A stretch of 63,893 nt of DNA, counting the filler, from Peribolospora baueri (taxonomy: Eukaryota): the NCBI GenBank assembly GCA_029717555.1. It is 3 parts of 3 records of this genome, joined end to end, with 100 filler letters (N's around TTAATTAATTAA, not from the genome) between each part and the next. Parts side by side here need not be neighbours in the genome. Positions count along the whole stretch, not along the records: positions 1 to 22,076 come from JAMDHS010000152.1; positions 22,177 to 44,229 come from JAMDHS010000153.1; 1 more part is not named here. One strand, written 5' to 3'. Both the position numbers and the translations under genes were made by a program. The notes below the pieces were generated by a model. That model made no database searches. It was not told where the DNA came from and saw nothing but the letters and a program-made list of their open reading frames with translations. This document shows positions 13,983-26,231 of this stretch, piece by piece. Numbering within the stretch: position 1 is the first letter of the stretch; every line of letters begins with the position of its first letter.

Positions 13983-14329
13983 CTCGTTGTTGTGGGGACG
14001 ACGAAGGAGGCCCGATTGAAGAAAGATGGGGAGGGGAGAGCGGAAGCGGGAATGACTGCGGCAGGCGGTCGGACCACCCTCGCCACGTGGAGTTCTCCAC
14101 CGGGCGTTACGGCGCGTTGAGTCTGAAGCCGAGCCAGAAAGTGCGCCAGACAGACGCCTTGACGACGACGACAAGAAAGAGGACGACAGAAGACGGCAAA
14201 AACGACAACGACGAAGACGAAGACAAGAAACAGCGCACAAAGACAGGATCGACGAGCGTTTTGACGCAGTGCCATCGCCCGCACCGACGCCATCCTCTTC
14301 GCCCAGTTCTAGCTCGCCTCGTCGGTGAA

Positions 14330-16273
14330 ATGGCATCCCTCATCCCGCCTAGGCCGAGGAAGAACCCCAAGCTGCCTTCGCCGGCCAAGCTCTCCATTCC
14401 TGCCAGGTCGCCCACTCCAGGAACGACTGACGTCTCCGGTGAGACTGAACCTTGTGCTCCATCATCTTCTCTCCGCTCACCATCTCCGTTTCTGTCTATC
14501 TTCCATCTCCATGCTCGCCCGACAGACGATGAGGGACGACCGACCAACTCTTCCTCCATCTCCCTCTCCATTCCTTCCCACAACAACTCCTCGTCTGCCC
14601 TCACCGACGATCTCCGCAATTATATGGTAAGGGTGCACATCTCCGACCACCCTTCTTCCCACCCTTCTTCCCGCCCACCTAGCACCGTCGATCTCCAAGC
14701 CGACCTCAATTTTCACGCGGGCGCCGCTCGGTCTGATGCTGGCGCTGGAGGAGCTGGAGAGGAAACGAAGAAGAGTGTATTGGAAGGGGACGACGTTCCG
14801 GAAGACTTTTTTGTCGAGCCGGATGACCTGGAGATCATTGGCCGGTTGGGAGAGGGCGCCTCAGGCGCCGTCGTCAAGGCGAGGCACAAGCCGACTGGGT
14901 TGGTGATGGCTAAGAAGGTCAGCGATTCAGCGCACTCTTTTTGACGTTCTTCCACGAGGTCGTTTGCTGACGTCCATGCGTTCACCCCGATCCTCTTCCG
15001 ATCTCATCATCTCCCTTCTCTTTCGGCTTCTCCTCTCCGCCCGCCCATCTCCGGCTCTTCATTTTTTCAGACGATGCAAGTTTTTGCAAATCCGACGGAC
15101 CACAAGCAGCTCCTCCGCGAGCTCTCCTTCAACCGCGAATGCCGATCCCCTTACATCACGCGCTTCTATGGCGCCTTTCTGGAGGACGAGGATACATCGG
15201 TGGCGATCTGCATGGAGTACTGCGAAGCCGGGTCGCTCGAGGCTATCTACAAACGCGTCAAGGCGCTCGGTGGGAGGACGGGAGAGAAGGTGTTGGGGAA
15301 GGTTAGCGAGGCGGTGCTTAAGGGAATCGTGTATCTCCGTAGTAGGAAAATCATCCATCGTGGTGAGTGCGGGTCTAGTCATCCTTTGCCCCATCTTCCT
15401 TCCGTAGGTAATCCCATCGTCCGTGCTAATATCCCCTTCCTCACCCCCAATTCTCTGACCGCTATTTCTCGCTCCTTCAAGACATCAAACCCTCCAACAT
15501 CCTCGTCACCCGGGCCGGGCAGATCAAGCTGTGTGACTTTGGCGTGTCGGGAGAGCTGATGAACAGCTTTGCCGGCACGTTCACTGGTACGAGCAACTAC
15601 ATGGCCGTGAGTACCGAGTTGATTTTGTCTCGACGAGCTCCCGGTGTGCACCACGGATGTGATCGACTTGCCACCTGTCTCTTTATTTTGGTTAATCGTC
15701 TTTGTCTTCTTCGCGCCTCTCGGATCTGCAGCCGGAACGCATCCGAGGAGACCAGTACAACGCCTCCTCAGACGTCTGGTCCCTCGGCCTCACCATCCTC
15801 GAAGTCGCTTCGAATCGCTTCCCTTTCCCTCCTGAAGGCGAACCGCCGTTAGGACCGATCGAGCTTCTTACGTACGTGATGGACATGAAGGTCCCAGAGC
15901 TACAAGACGATGAGAGAATCAAGTGGAGTTCCAAGCTGAAGAACTTTATCGAGAATTGGTAAGTGGATTAACGGGATGTTTGCTTCGGGTTCACTCGTTC
16001 TGATCCCTTGCCTTTGTCGTCGTTCTCCCCAAAAAAAGCCTTGAGCGGGATCCGAAACGGCGCCCATCGCCAGTAAAGATGTGTTCGCATCCGTTCATCA
16101 AGGCCTCCGAAGCGCGTCATCCCCCTCCGGACATGGCCAAGTTCGTCGCAGAAGTGTGGGGATGGCCTTACACTCCTTCTACTGCTGCTAACGCGCCGTC
16201 GAGGCAAGGTAACGCGGTGAATGCGGGTCCACACCCTATATCTGTTAGCGCTGGCTCTGCCGCAGGCTCGTAG
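14330..16273 (+). CDS. MKK1: MAP kinase kinase, Mkk1/Pek1 (cell wall integrity) type
   Basis: [97 protein letters not shown]. Confidence 0.9.
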
Positions 16274-17189
16274 ACGAGCGGCGTGACAGCGTTTTTAGTA
16301 GGAAGGACGGTCGAAGTCATTCCGGACTTCCCGTCCTTCCCCTCTTCGCCGTCTCGGCGGTCGTTCCATCGTATTGTTTTCTCCCGGTGCTTCTTCTCCC
16401 CTGTTTCGCGCTTGGTGTTCGCATCCCGCCTAGATACCATCCCTCATTCACATCCGTGTGTGAACGGAGGTTGGGAATGTCGTTCTCTGCCACTGTTTGA
16501 CGAGAAGAAAATTCACTGGGATCCTCTTACTTGCATCATTGCTAGAGAGACATGAGTGCAATGTCAATAGGATAGCGGTAGTCCAATGTGACTCTCAAGC
16601 GCAGGAAAAGCCGGAGAACTTTTTACAATCGGGCGAGAGACAGAGGCATTCGCCGGGACTCCGCTTAATCAAGTTCTGTGGTGAGAAGCTGGCCGAGGTG
16701 ATTGGAGCAAAGAGAAAGGAAGCGACGACGGAAAAGGGAAAACGGGTCGCTCGCGTGTGTGCCAAAAGTGGAGCCTGATGGGACGGAAAGGTGGGAAAGT
16801 CGCAGACGGTCTGGTGGCAAATAAACAACGCTTTTCTTCGGACGGATACCACGGCGAAGCAAACTTCGCTTCGCCCCGCCTCGCACATCGCTGCGTCGCT
16901 CCGACGAAAAAAGATAGGGTATTTCAGTACCTAGTGGAAATATATATATGTATATAGATCTACGTGCAAATAGTCGAAAAAAACTGATAAAGACCAGGGG
17001 GACAAGTGAACTCTCGTTCGTACGCTCTAGAGCAAGAGGAATGAACACTGTTACCCTCCATACCTCCTCCATTCCCATGCACTCGAATGACTTAGCACGG
17101 CAAAAAAAGCCAAATGCGAGACCTGCTCGCCGCATTCAAACAAACTTCACCCAGTCCCTGTCCATCTTTGAAATTTAATGCTTGACCCA

Positions 17190-18621
17190 TCAGTTCGCCG
17201 GCGCCGCCGCCGTCGCCGGAGGTCGGCTCAGCGCTTCGACCTCCTCTTCTGAAAGTCCGTCCAGCCTGTGAGAGAAACAGAAGCAAAGAGCAGCAGTGAG
17301 CAGGCGGAAGCGATAGGTGATGGTTCTAGCGCATGGCGTACCTGTGAAGCAGATATTCGACCTGTGAGGGCAATGAGCAAAATGGAAGAAGAATGTGAGG
17401 AGGAGTCTGATTCCGCCCAGATGGCTCAACCGGCCATGATACATGGACGGAGAGAGGAAAGGAACGGGCACGAGCGACTCACCTCGACCTCTTTGGTCAG
17501 CGGAATGATCCAATCCTTGTAAAGCTTAACGATAGCGTCTACGTCAATTTTCATCGGGCCGTTTCCATCTATATCCTGTCCGTAAATCCTCGCCTTGGCA
17601 GCCAAGCGAACGAGCAGAGCAGCTTCGACAGCTGGTTTAGTGATCAAGTCGGCCAGGGCGCTAGGGTTGGGTTTCTTTATGTGAGGGACGAAAAGATGAG
17701 GTGCGGCGCAGAACTTGGATTCGGAGACAAACATGCCTGCGCGCAAAAGAGTGAGAGGTGGACAGTCAAGTTGATGCGAGGAAGGGAACCTGTCCAAGCC
17801 ACAGACGACAGCGACGGGCGCCAGTGCCAGCTACTCACCACAATGAATCCTCCTACTAATAGCCTGCAGGACCTCCACGTCCCTCGTGGCCCCGCTTCCG
17901 TAATTCCCGTCGTCTTCCTTTTGGGAAGAGTTGCAAATGGCGGGGAGAATGTTCTGGACGTAGAAGGCCATTATTGCAGGGTTCACGTTGATGTTGTTGG
18001 GGTGGAGGATGCGTGGGTAGTTCAGGGGGGGGAGGATTGGTTCGGGGAGAGGACCGGAGGTGAAAGGGTGTTCATCCGGACTGAGGAGGGATCGGAATAA
18101 CAGAGGAAACTAAGTGAGAAAAGCTGTATCTTGCTTATGTACACACTATGTTCGGAGTTCAAGGGCTGCCCTGCGCACCTTTCGAATCTTCTAACCTTGG
18201 CTGACGACCGGTCCAGAAACGAACGGCGTCAGCAGCAGTTGCACCTCGGCAATACACAACACAGAGGAACGCACCATGGGAGTACTCCGTCTCGCGCAAG
18301 AACCAGTCCAGCCAAGTTCCCTCGAATCCAATCTTCTGGAGCTCTGGGAAGGCGCCTTTCTGGTACATTTTAGGATTGAGTGCGTACTGGGAGCGTTCAA
18401 TTATAGCTTTTGGGGGAAGAGCAAGGAGAGAAAGTAGAAGAAAAAGCCAAATAAAGCATCAGCGAGAACGATATGGAGAGAGGCGCGGCCTTAGAAGAGA
18501 GAGAGGCACCAGCAAGCAGCTCACAAAAGATGATGGTGTCCTCGAGGCGGATGAGCGTGGCGCGAATGTTATCGAGGCTGAGGATGCTCGCCTCATCTCC
18601 TGAGAAGAAGTTCATGGACAT
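17190..18621 (-). CDS. ARO7: chorismate mutase (fungal AroQ type), multi-exon
   Basis: [51 protein letters not shown]. Confidence 0.92.
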
Positions 18622-18755
18622 GGCGGGCGAGGGAGGCTTGGTTATGCTACAAAAGAGAGAAGGATGGGAGAGAAGTGGAATAACGCTTCGCCACGACGGA
18701 GCAAATTAACCTCCGGCCTGACCTGTCGTCGTGGTCACACGAGGAAGCAAACTAG

Positions 18756-18791
18756 GTCACGTGCTCCAGGTACTTCCAAACTCGTCACGTG
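18756..18791. promoter_or_regulatory. two GTCACGTG (E-box/Cbf1-like) motifs in the ARO7/KRE2-like divergent promoter
   Basis: GTCACGTG at 18756 and 18784. The same octamer lies upstream of ETF-QO (7017) and KIN28 (39733). Confidence 0.4.
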
Positions 18792-18984
18792 CCTGTCACG
18801 CATCGCGGCAACCCGGCTCTTATGTCGGTGCTGCGCGCTGGTGACGAGGTGAAGGTGGTGAGGCTGGTATTGGTCGTGTCGAGGAGCAAGAGGCGGTCGT
18901 GCCAGCGCCCATCTCCTCAACCGTCTTGACCGTCGCTCTCAGCTCGTTCATCGCAACTACGGCGTTGCCTCCTCTGCGCCCACC

Positions 18985-21386
18985 ATGCAGGCCATACTGC
19001 GATATGTCGTCCTAGGTGAGCCGTCGCGCATCTCGCTGGGACCCGACTTGGGCTTATGGGTGCTTTGTCGACGAAGTGCGAATGGAAAGCTGACGCTTGT
19101 CCTCGAATCTACAGCGATCGTCTGCCTGGTTGTCCTGCACTACACCCTCACATACTCTTCCCCTGTGTACTCGTCCGCCACCTCCCTTTCCACCCTCCAA
19201 TCCAAGCTCGCCGCCTCCAATCCTTTCCAAGGCTCAGCCAGATGGAGCAGCTACCGCCCCGGTTCTCCAGGCTCTGCGTACAAGTACTCCGGCATTAAGG
19301 ATGGAGAGGCTCCTAAGCGCGTGAATGGAGCCTTTGTTGTCTTGGCGAGGAACAGCGATTTGTACCCATTTTTGGAGAGCATGAGAGCGATGGAGGATCG
19401 GTTCAACCACAAGTATAATTACCCGTACAGTGAGTGCGGCTGAGCAGCTGGGGACGATCGTGCCTCATGGCGAGATTCTTGGACAAGCTGTGAAGAATGG
19501 AACGCAGCATGGACGCGTCTAATCGGCCCATCATGTTCACCCAGTCTTCCTCAACGACAAGCCTTTCGACGAGACTTTCAAAAGGCAGACGCAAGCCATC
19601 ACCAACGGCAACTGCTCCTACGGCTTGATCGACGAGGTGAGCATACTTTCTTTCCCCTTTTTTCCCTATATATATAGTCTAGACTGGGCCAATGGACTAA
19701 ACTTTTAATTACCTCCTCTCGAACACAGGCCCAGTGGTCCCTACCCAGCTGGATCGACGAGCAAAAAGCGGCCGAAGCCCGAGAGACGATGAAGAAGCAG
19801 GGTGTTATCTACGGCGACTCCTTGCCATACCGACACATGTGCAGGTATCAGAGCGGGTTCTTCTACCGGCACCCTTTGCTTAAGGACATCGAGGTGAGCC
19901 AGGACAGCCGCTTGGGCAACTTCAAGGAGCGACCTCGTGTCTCGCGAATTGACAAGCTTTCCCTATGGAACAGTACTATTGGCGCATTGAGCCGTCGGTC
20001 AAATACTTCTGCGATCTCGATGTAAGTGCTTGATCCGATGCGATCAGGAGATTCTCTGTTGGACTCACCAGCTTGGGACCCTCCCATTGCATCTTCCTCC
20101 TTGTCCTTCCAGTATGACCCCTTCCGCTTCATGGCCGAGAACAACAAGAAGTACGGTTTCGTGCTCAGTTTGTACGAGTACGAAGCGACTATTTCCACGC
20201 TTTGGAAGGAGACCAAAGGTGAGTCCAATCGCGACTGTACGCACGTGCACATGCTGAAGGCGAACCTGCGCTGCTATCGTTCCTTCGTTTGCTCGTGTTG
20301 CGTTGCTTTTGCTTTTCGACACGACCCCTGTCCTTTCCGTCCAACAGAATTCATCGCCCAAAATCCACAGTACCTCGCCAGCGATAACGCTATGAAGTTC
20401 ATCTCCGACGACGGGGGCTCGACGTACAACCGGTGTCACTTTTGGTCCAAGTGTGTCTCGAGGCGTGATCCTGCTTCTCCTCGTATAGATGTTCGGCCGG
20501 GTCATTCTGACACCTACCTCTGTGCGCTGCCTATAACAGCTTCGAAATCGGCTCTCTCGATCTCTGGCGCTCTGAAGCGTACGACAAGTATTTTGACCAC
20601 TTGGACAAAGCAGGCGGGTTCTTCTACGAGGTGCGCGCCTTTGTTCTCAATCCTGTCACGGAGGAATTGAAACCCATCCACTCATACTTCTCTTCACCTT
20701 TTTATCCCTATGTTACTCTTCTCTATCTCTTTCCCCCTTTAAGCGGTGGGGCGACGCACCGGTGCACTCCCTCGCGGCCTCCCTCTTCCTCAATAGGAGC
20801 CAGCTTCACTTCTTCGAGGTGCGTACGCGTGTGATACGGCCGGGTCCCTCCGAATGGATGTGCCTAGATCTAAACGTCTTCTCATTTTACGTGGTTTGTC
20901 CCTACTGTCGGCATTGTGGCATATCAGGATATCGGTGAGAGTTCGGTTTTTCATTTGCGGCCGTTCCCATGCAGGGCCTGTTCCTCGTGGGCATCTCTAC
21001 CTCGCGCTTAGCTCGGTTCGCTGAATTAATGTTCCCTTACGTGCCTGCATCCCCCATCTTTTATCCTACACCGCCAATTGAACATCATCCCCGAATAGCC
21101 TATTACCACCCCCCCTTCACCCACTGCTCAAGAAGGCTGGCCAAGCAGGGCACTTCCTGCAGCTGCGATCCGCAGGACAGCTTTGACCATGAAGGTGAGC
21201 TTCCCACCGTCTTTCCTCCGATCGTTCTTCGTTTGACAGGGGCGGTCGGACGGGAACTTTGCTCGTCTTCCATTTGTCCCCCATCTCATCTCTCTGTCCT
21301 CTTCACACCTTCTCTGTGACCCCTTCACCCCTGTAGCGTACTCGTGCCTGCCTCGATATGAGAGGCTAGTGGGGCAAAGGTTCTGA
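18985..21386 (+). CDS. GT15 alpha-1,2-mannosyltransferase (KRE2/KTR family), multi-exon
   Basis: N-terminal TM helix; [73 protein letters not shown]. Confidence 0.93.
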
Positions 21387-21667
21387 CCCGCCTCGTGGAC
21401 GGCGAGCCTACCGTACCGATTCGGCATGTACATACTGCCCGGATCCCTCTCTTTGTTGGGCTCTTCATGGTTTCTTTTGGCGTCTAGTTTCTTTTGCCAA
21501 TGGGTATGGACATTCTGGAACTGAGATACTTTGGGACTTCATCCACCTCGACATGGGGTGATCATCGATTCGCACTAGCAACGGGAACATCGGACAGGAC
21601 TCCTTCCTCGCGCCGCGTCCCCGCCGTTCCTTACATATGTACGCGCCAAGCCTTGCAATTTTCCGTT

Positions 21668-22076
21668 TCATTTGTTTGTTTCTGGATAGGAAGGAGACGC
21701 CAACGAATGCGGACGGGACGGGCCTGTGTTCAAGACCTCGAGTTGTGGTGGAGCACGCTTGCGCGGACGCTCCCTCCTCTCGTCCTTGGTCAGCGCGCGA
21801 GCGCTTCGCTTTCGGATGGGACCTATCATATGGAGCCCGAGGCGGGAAGCAGGCCGAGACATTGGGGTATCCTCTCCTTTCTTCTTTACTCCCTCCCTTA
21901 CATCACTCCCTCCCTTACATCCTTCTTCCACCCTCTCTGTGACGACACCCTAACTGACCCCCCCGTCTATCTCTACAACTCCTTCCCCTCGCTCGCTCTC
22001 GCTCACTCAACACCGAGATGGTGCTCTCTTCTCCCACTCACCTCGTAGGGCAGCTCGTGTTATTCGTCTCCATCTT
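21668..22076 (-). CDS. possible 3' end of a gene truncated by the contig edge
   Basis: Minus-strand open segment RWRRITRAALR ending at a GTGAGT donor (~22041). It is phase-compatible with a downstream CAG acceptor and ORF 21668-21931. No recognisable domain. Confidence 0.3.
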
Positions 22077-22176
22077 NNNNNNNNNNNNNNNNNNNNNNNN
22101 NNNNNNNNNNNNNNNNNNNNTTAATTAATTAANNNNNNNNNNNNNNNNNNNNNNNNNNNNNNNNNNNNNNNNNNNN
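22077..22176. other. artificial contig linker
   Basis: N44-TTAATTAATTAA-N44, with stops in all six frames. Confidence 0.99.
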
Positions 22177-22180
22177 AGGG

Positions 22181-22223
<43 letters not shown>

Positions 22224-22738
22224 AATGAACGACCAGCATGGATTCGATCCCATACTCCGTCCCAGAAGCAGACAGACGAACGGAGGGGGACGAGAGAATT
22301 GGAATAAGAAGGGGTTATCCATCTAGGCGAAAGAAAGAGGAACGTAGCCTCCGACCAGAAGGGCGGAGGCACGAACGCATGGGCGCCCGAGATCCAGAAG
22401 AGACCGAAATTGAAGGAAAGACGAAAGGATGGAAGGGGAGAGAGCGAACGAGCGAACGAGCGAACGAGCGAGAGAGAGAGAGAGAGAGACTAGTTCCACA
22501 GCCCGTTACGATACGATACGGTACGGTACGACAACGATACGATTGATTGAGCGATCGACCCGATCGATCCCTCTTGCCCGCCCCTCCGCCCCTCCATCCC
22601 GGCCTGTCAGGACGTGACGTGGGAGCGGTGGGGAGAGAAAAGAAAAAAAAAATAAACGGGAGAGAAGAAGGGGAAGGAATAGAAAGAGCGCGCGTGGACG
22701 TGGGCTCGCCGCGACCTCGGTCCATGGGGCCCGGCCGT

Positions 22739-23741
22739 TCACCGCTGTCCGCCAGCAGCGTGGACGGCTTGTCCCAAGCCGACGACGAACGCGTTCATGG
22801 CGGCAATGTTGCCCTGCTTCTGAATCTTGGCCACCGCCGGGTCGGTCGCAGCGGGGCCGTACATGCTCACGAGGCTCGCTTGGGCCGCCGAGGCCGAGGC
22901 GGCAGAGGCAGAGGAAGCGGAAGCAGCCCAAGCGGAGGCCTTGGATGCGGACTGTTGGGCGGCCCAAGCGGAGGCGGCGGAGGCGGAGGAGGCGGCAGAA
23001 GCGGACTGGACGGACGCCCAAGAGGCGGCGGCGGCGGCGGAGGCGGAGGAGGCAGAGGCGGCAGAGGCCCAGTCGTAGGAAGATGTGGTGGGTTGGGCCT
23101 GGGCGGGCGAGTACGTGATGGTGGGGCTCCATGTGCCTCCGCCGCTGCCGTCGTTGAAGGACCAGCTGATGGAGATCTCGCCCGTGCCGAGAGAGGCGAG
23201 GGACGAGAAGAGGGACGGGCTCATGTCCAGGCCCCCATATCCGCAGGAGGGGCACTCGTCCTGGATCACCGCACCGCTCGTCTTTCCGTTCTGAGAGGCG
23301 AAGAGGGAATAGAGGAAGGATGAGCGTCACGCGCGGCAAAAGAGAGAGAGCAAAAAAAAAAAAAAAAAGACGCACGGCGTTGTTGGTGATGGTGATGCTC
23401 TTGCCGCAAAAGGCGCCGCCGCTGTACTGGGGCGAGTTGAGAGCGACGATAAAGTCGGAGGAGGAGGCATAGGAACCACAGGCGCCTTCGCCGGGCTGGA
23501 ACCAGGTGCCTCTGCCGCTGAAGCCTCGCTTGGTGAGGTCCTCCTGGCGCTTCTTCGCCTCGGCATCCTCCTCGTCGCCGTCTCTGAGACGCCTGGCGTG
23601 GCGCTTGGCGAGGTGGATGTGATCGTGCCGAGGGTCTTGGAGGCGAGCGAGGGCGAGGGAGGAGGAGGGGTGGAGGGAGGTGGAGAGGAGGAGGAGCTGG
23701 CCGAAGAGGGCAAGGGAGGAGGTGAGGCGAACGACGCGCAT
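22739..23741 (-). CDS. secreted expansin/loosenin-like RlpA double-psi beta-barrel protein with Ala/Ser-rich tail
   Basis: Signal peptide, KR processing site, SGRGTWFQPGEGACG..VALN..CGKSITITNNA|NGKTSGAVIQDECPSCGYGGLDMSPSLF..ISWSF. One intron at 23291-23375. Confidence 0.88.
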
Positions 23742-26231
23742 GTCGGGAGGAAAGCAAAGAGTAGAGCAAGGAGGGTGAAAAGAAAGGAGTGTGGGGGAGG
23801 CGATAAGAGACGCTGGCGTCTGTCTGTCTGGTGGTGGCCACGACGGGGGATCGACGAGGATGAGCGAGGCAAGACAGGAGGCGAGGCACGTGCGACTACA
23901 CTACTCACAGGAACGGTGGCACGGAGGCTCGGTGAGGCCTGGCTGGCAGGCAGGCGGGCAAGGAGAAGATGGAGAAGGAGTGTGGGCTGTGAGCTGAGTT
24001 GGAGATGGAGGTGAGAGAGCGAGGATGGCGATGAGGAGGAGGACGACGGGCGAAGGTGAGGCCGGACAAAGGTCAAGCAAACGAAGGTGGCGCCTGTCTG
24101 TCGTCGTTGTCTCTTCCCACATCCATCATCCGTCGTCCGCCGTCCCGTCCGAGGAGGAAGAAGCCGTGCCTCCGTCAGCTTCCATCCTCGCCCTCCGTTT
24201 CGCAAACGGCCCGTGATTCCCCCTCCTTCTCTCCTTTTCTTCCAGCTCGCCCCTCCTACAGACAGGAAAACGACAACGAGATGAGAATTCGATTGGACTA
24301 GAATCGATTCGTTCATTAACGCCGTCGTCTTTTTTTTCTTCTATTCTTGTTCAGCCCATGACATGCATGGATGTCGCCCGACCGCGTGGCTTGCCCTTGC
24401 CGTGCCCGCCCTCGCACGCCCACTGCCGATCCGCCCGTCGATCCCCGCGTCGATCCGCCGATCCCCGCATCCGGGGGTGAGAACCCCAAAAAAATAAGGC
24501 CAAGGGACTAAAAAAAAAAAAAGGAAAGAAAAAGAAAAAGAAAAAGCCATGGAAGGAAATCGAGTCGTCGACAAACAAAACCAAAACGAGACCAGTCCGA
24601 ACGAACGAAAGAAAAAAGGAAAAGAAAACCCACGGCCGACTGACTCCCCGGCTTTCACGGACTCGCTCGCTGGCCGGTCGTCCGACCGTCCGACCGACCG
24701 TCTGTTCCTCCGTCCTTCAGCCGAGGGGCCCTCGCCTCGCGCCAGTCTGTTTCGACGACGCGCATAAGGAAGTGGAGGATGCATGATCGTCGAACGGAAT
24801 CACAACCACGGACACGGACACGCAAATTCGTACGGTACGGTACGATACGGATGTTGCGATTAGGTCGACAGACAAAACACACACGGTCGCAAGTCGCAGC
24901 CGCCGCCGTCTTTCTCTCATCATAGCGAGCGAGTGAGCGAGCGAGCGAATTACCCTATGTACGACGCTCGCCCACTCGCATCTCTACACAGCCAAGCCAG
25001 GCTCACGAGACGATGGGGATTAAACAAACGGGTATACTCTCAAACGGGCGGGCTAGAAAGGGGACGGACGGACGGAGGGCGGGCATATCTCGAGGCAAGG
25101 CATAGCAAGGCAGAGCAAGGCAATGGGAGGGGGTTATGGATGGATGGAGGAAGGGAGGGGGGAAGGAAACGTGGATACGGGGCGGGCATGCAAGAGGTAT
25201 CACGTTGCGTTGCGAGCGAGCGAGCCGGTCGACAAAGAAAAAAGAAGAAAACAAGTGGACAAGGAAACGAGGAAACAAGTGGACAAGGAAACGAAGAAAC
25301 AAGGAAAAAAAAGGCGTCGCTTTGAACAAAAAACAAATACTAGGAGGGCGGGTGAAGCTCTGAAGGGAGGAGGTAAAGGGGAAGCGCGAAAGAAGAAAGC
25401 GAATTGGGGGGGGGGGGGGGGGGGGGGAAGGGGAAGGGGGAAGACGAGACGAGACGAGACGAGAAGAGACGACGAATAAAAAGTCGCGCTCCGCTTCCTC
25501 TAAGCGTCGGACAATTCGGACAGCAGGCAAACCCACGGACGGCGGCCGTTTTTAGACATGGCCCACTCGTCTCCCCCGGACCCGGGTATCGTGCTGTCGA
25601 TCGGAAACAAGCCTGGTGAGAGCGTATCGGGGAAGGGGAAGGGGAAGGGGAAGGGGGACAAACAACAACCGATGGATCGAGCGGGCGAGCGAGCGGGCGT
25701 TGCGTGCGTAAGTCGAGTCGAGTCGGGTTTTGTGCGTGTCGTGTTGTGTCGTGTCGAATGCTTCGTGACCGGCAACGAGTCGATGATGTATACGTTATGT
25801 TTCACGTGAGTCAGTCAGGCGGGGGCGTGTTTAATCATTTTCGTCCTTCTCTCCTCCTCCTACCCATAATCGTCCAATCCGAGCCGCCAGCGCCGTGCCC
25901 GCGCCTACTACTCGCTCCGCCACCTCGTCCTATCCCGTCCCTTACGCTGGTCCCTGTCTCTCTGCTGCTGGGACCGACGTCGTTGGAGAGCGTCGCCTTC
26001 GCTCGACACTCGGCGTTCCGAGGCGGCCGCGGCGGCGGTGGTGGCGGCAGTGCGAGCGCGCGGAGGCGGCGGCAGCGGAGAGCGCGAGAAGAGTTGTCTA
26101 TGGGTGATCGATCGAAAAGGAAACGAAAGTGTGAATGGAAGGAAGACGACGGGGGTGAGACACGACAAGACATGCAGAGTGATCGAGGGGTCGGAAAAAG
26201 ACCGAAAGAGAAATATGACCGGTAGTCCCAC

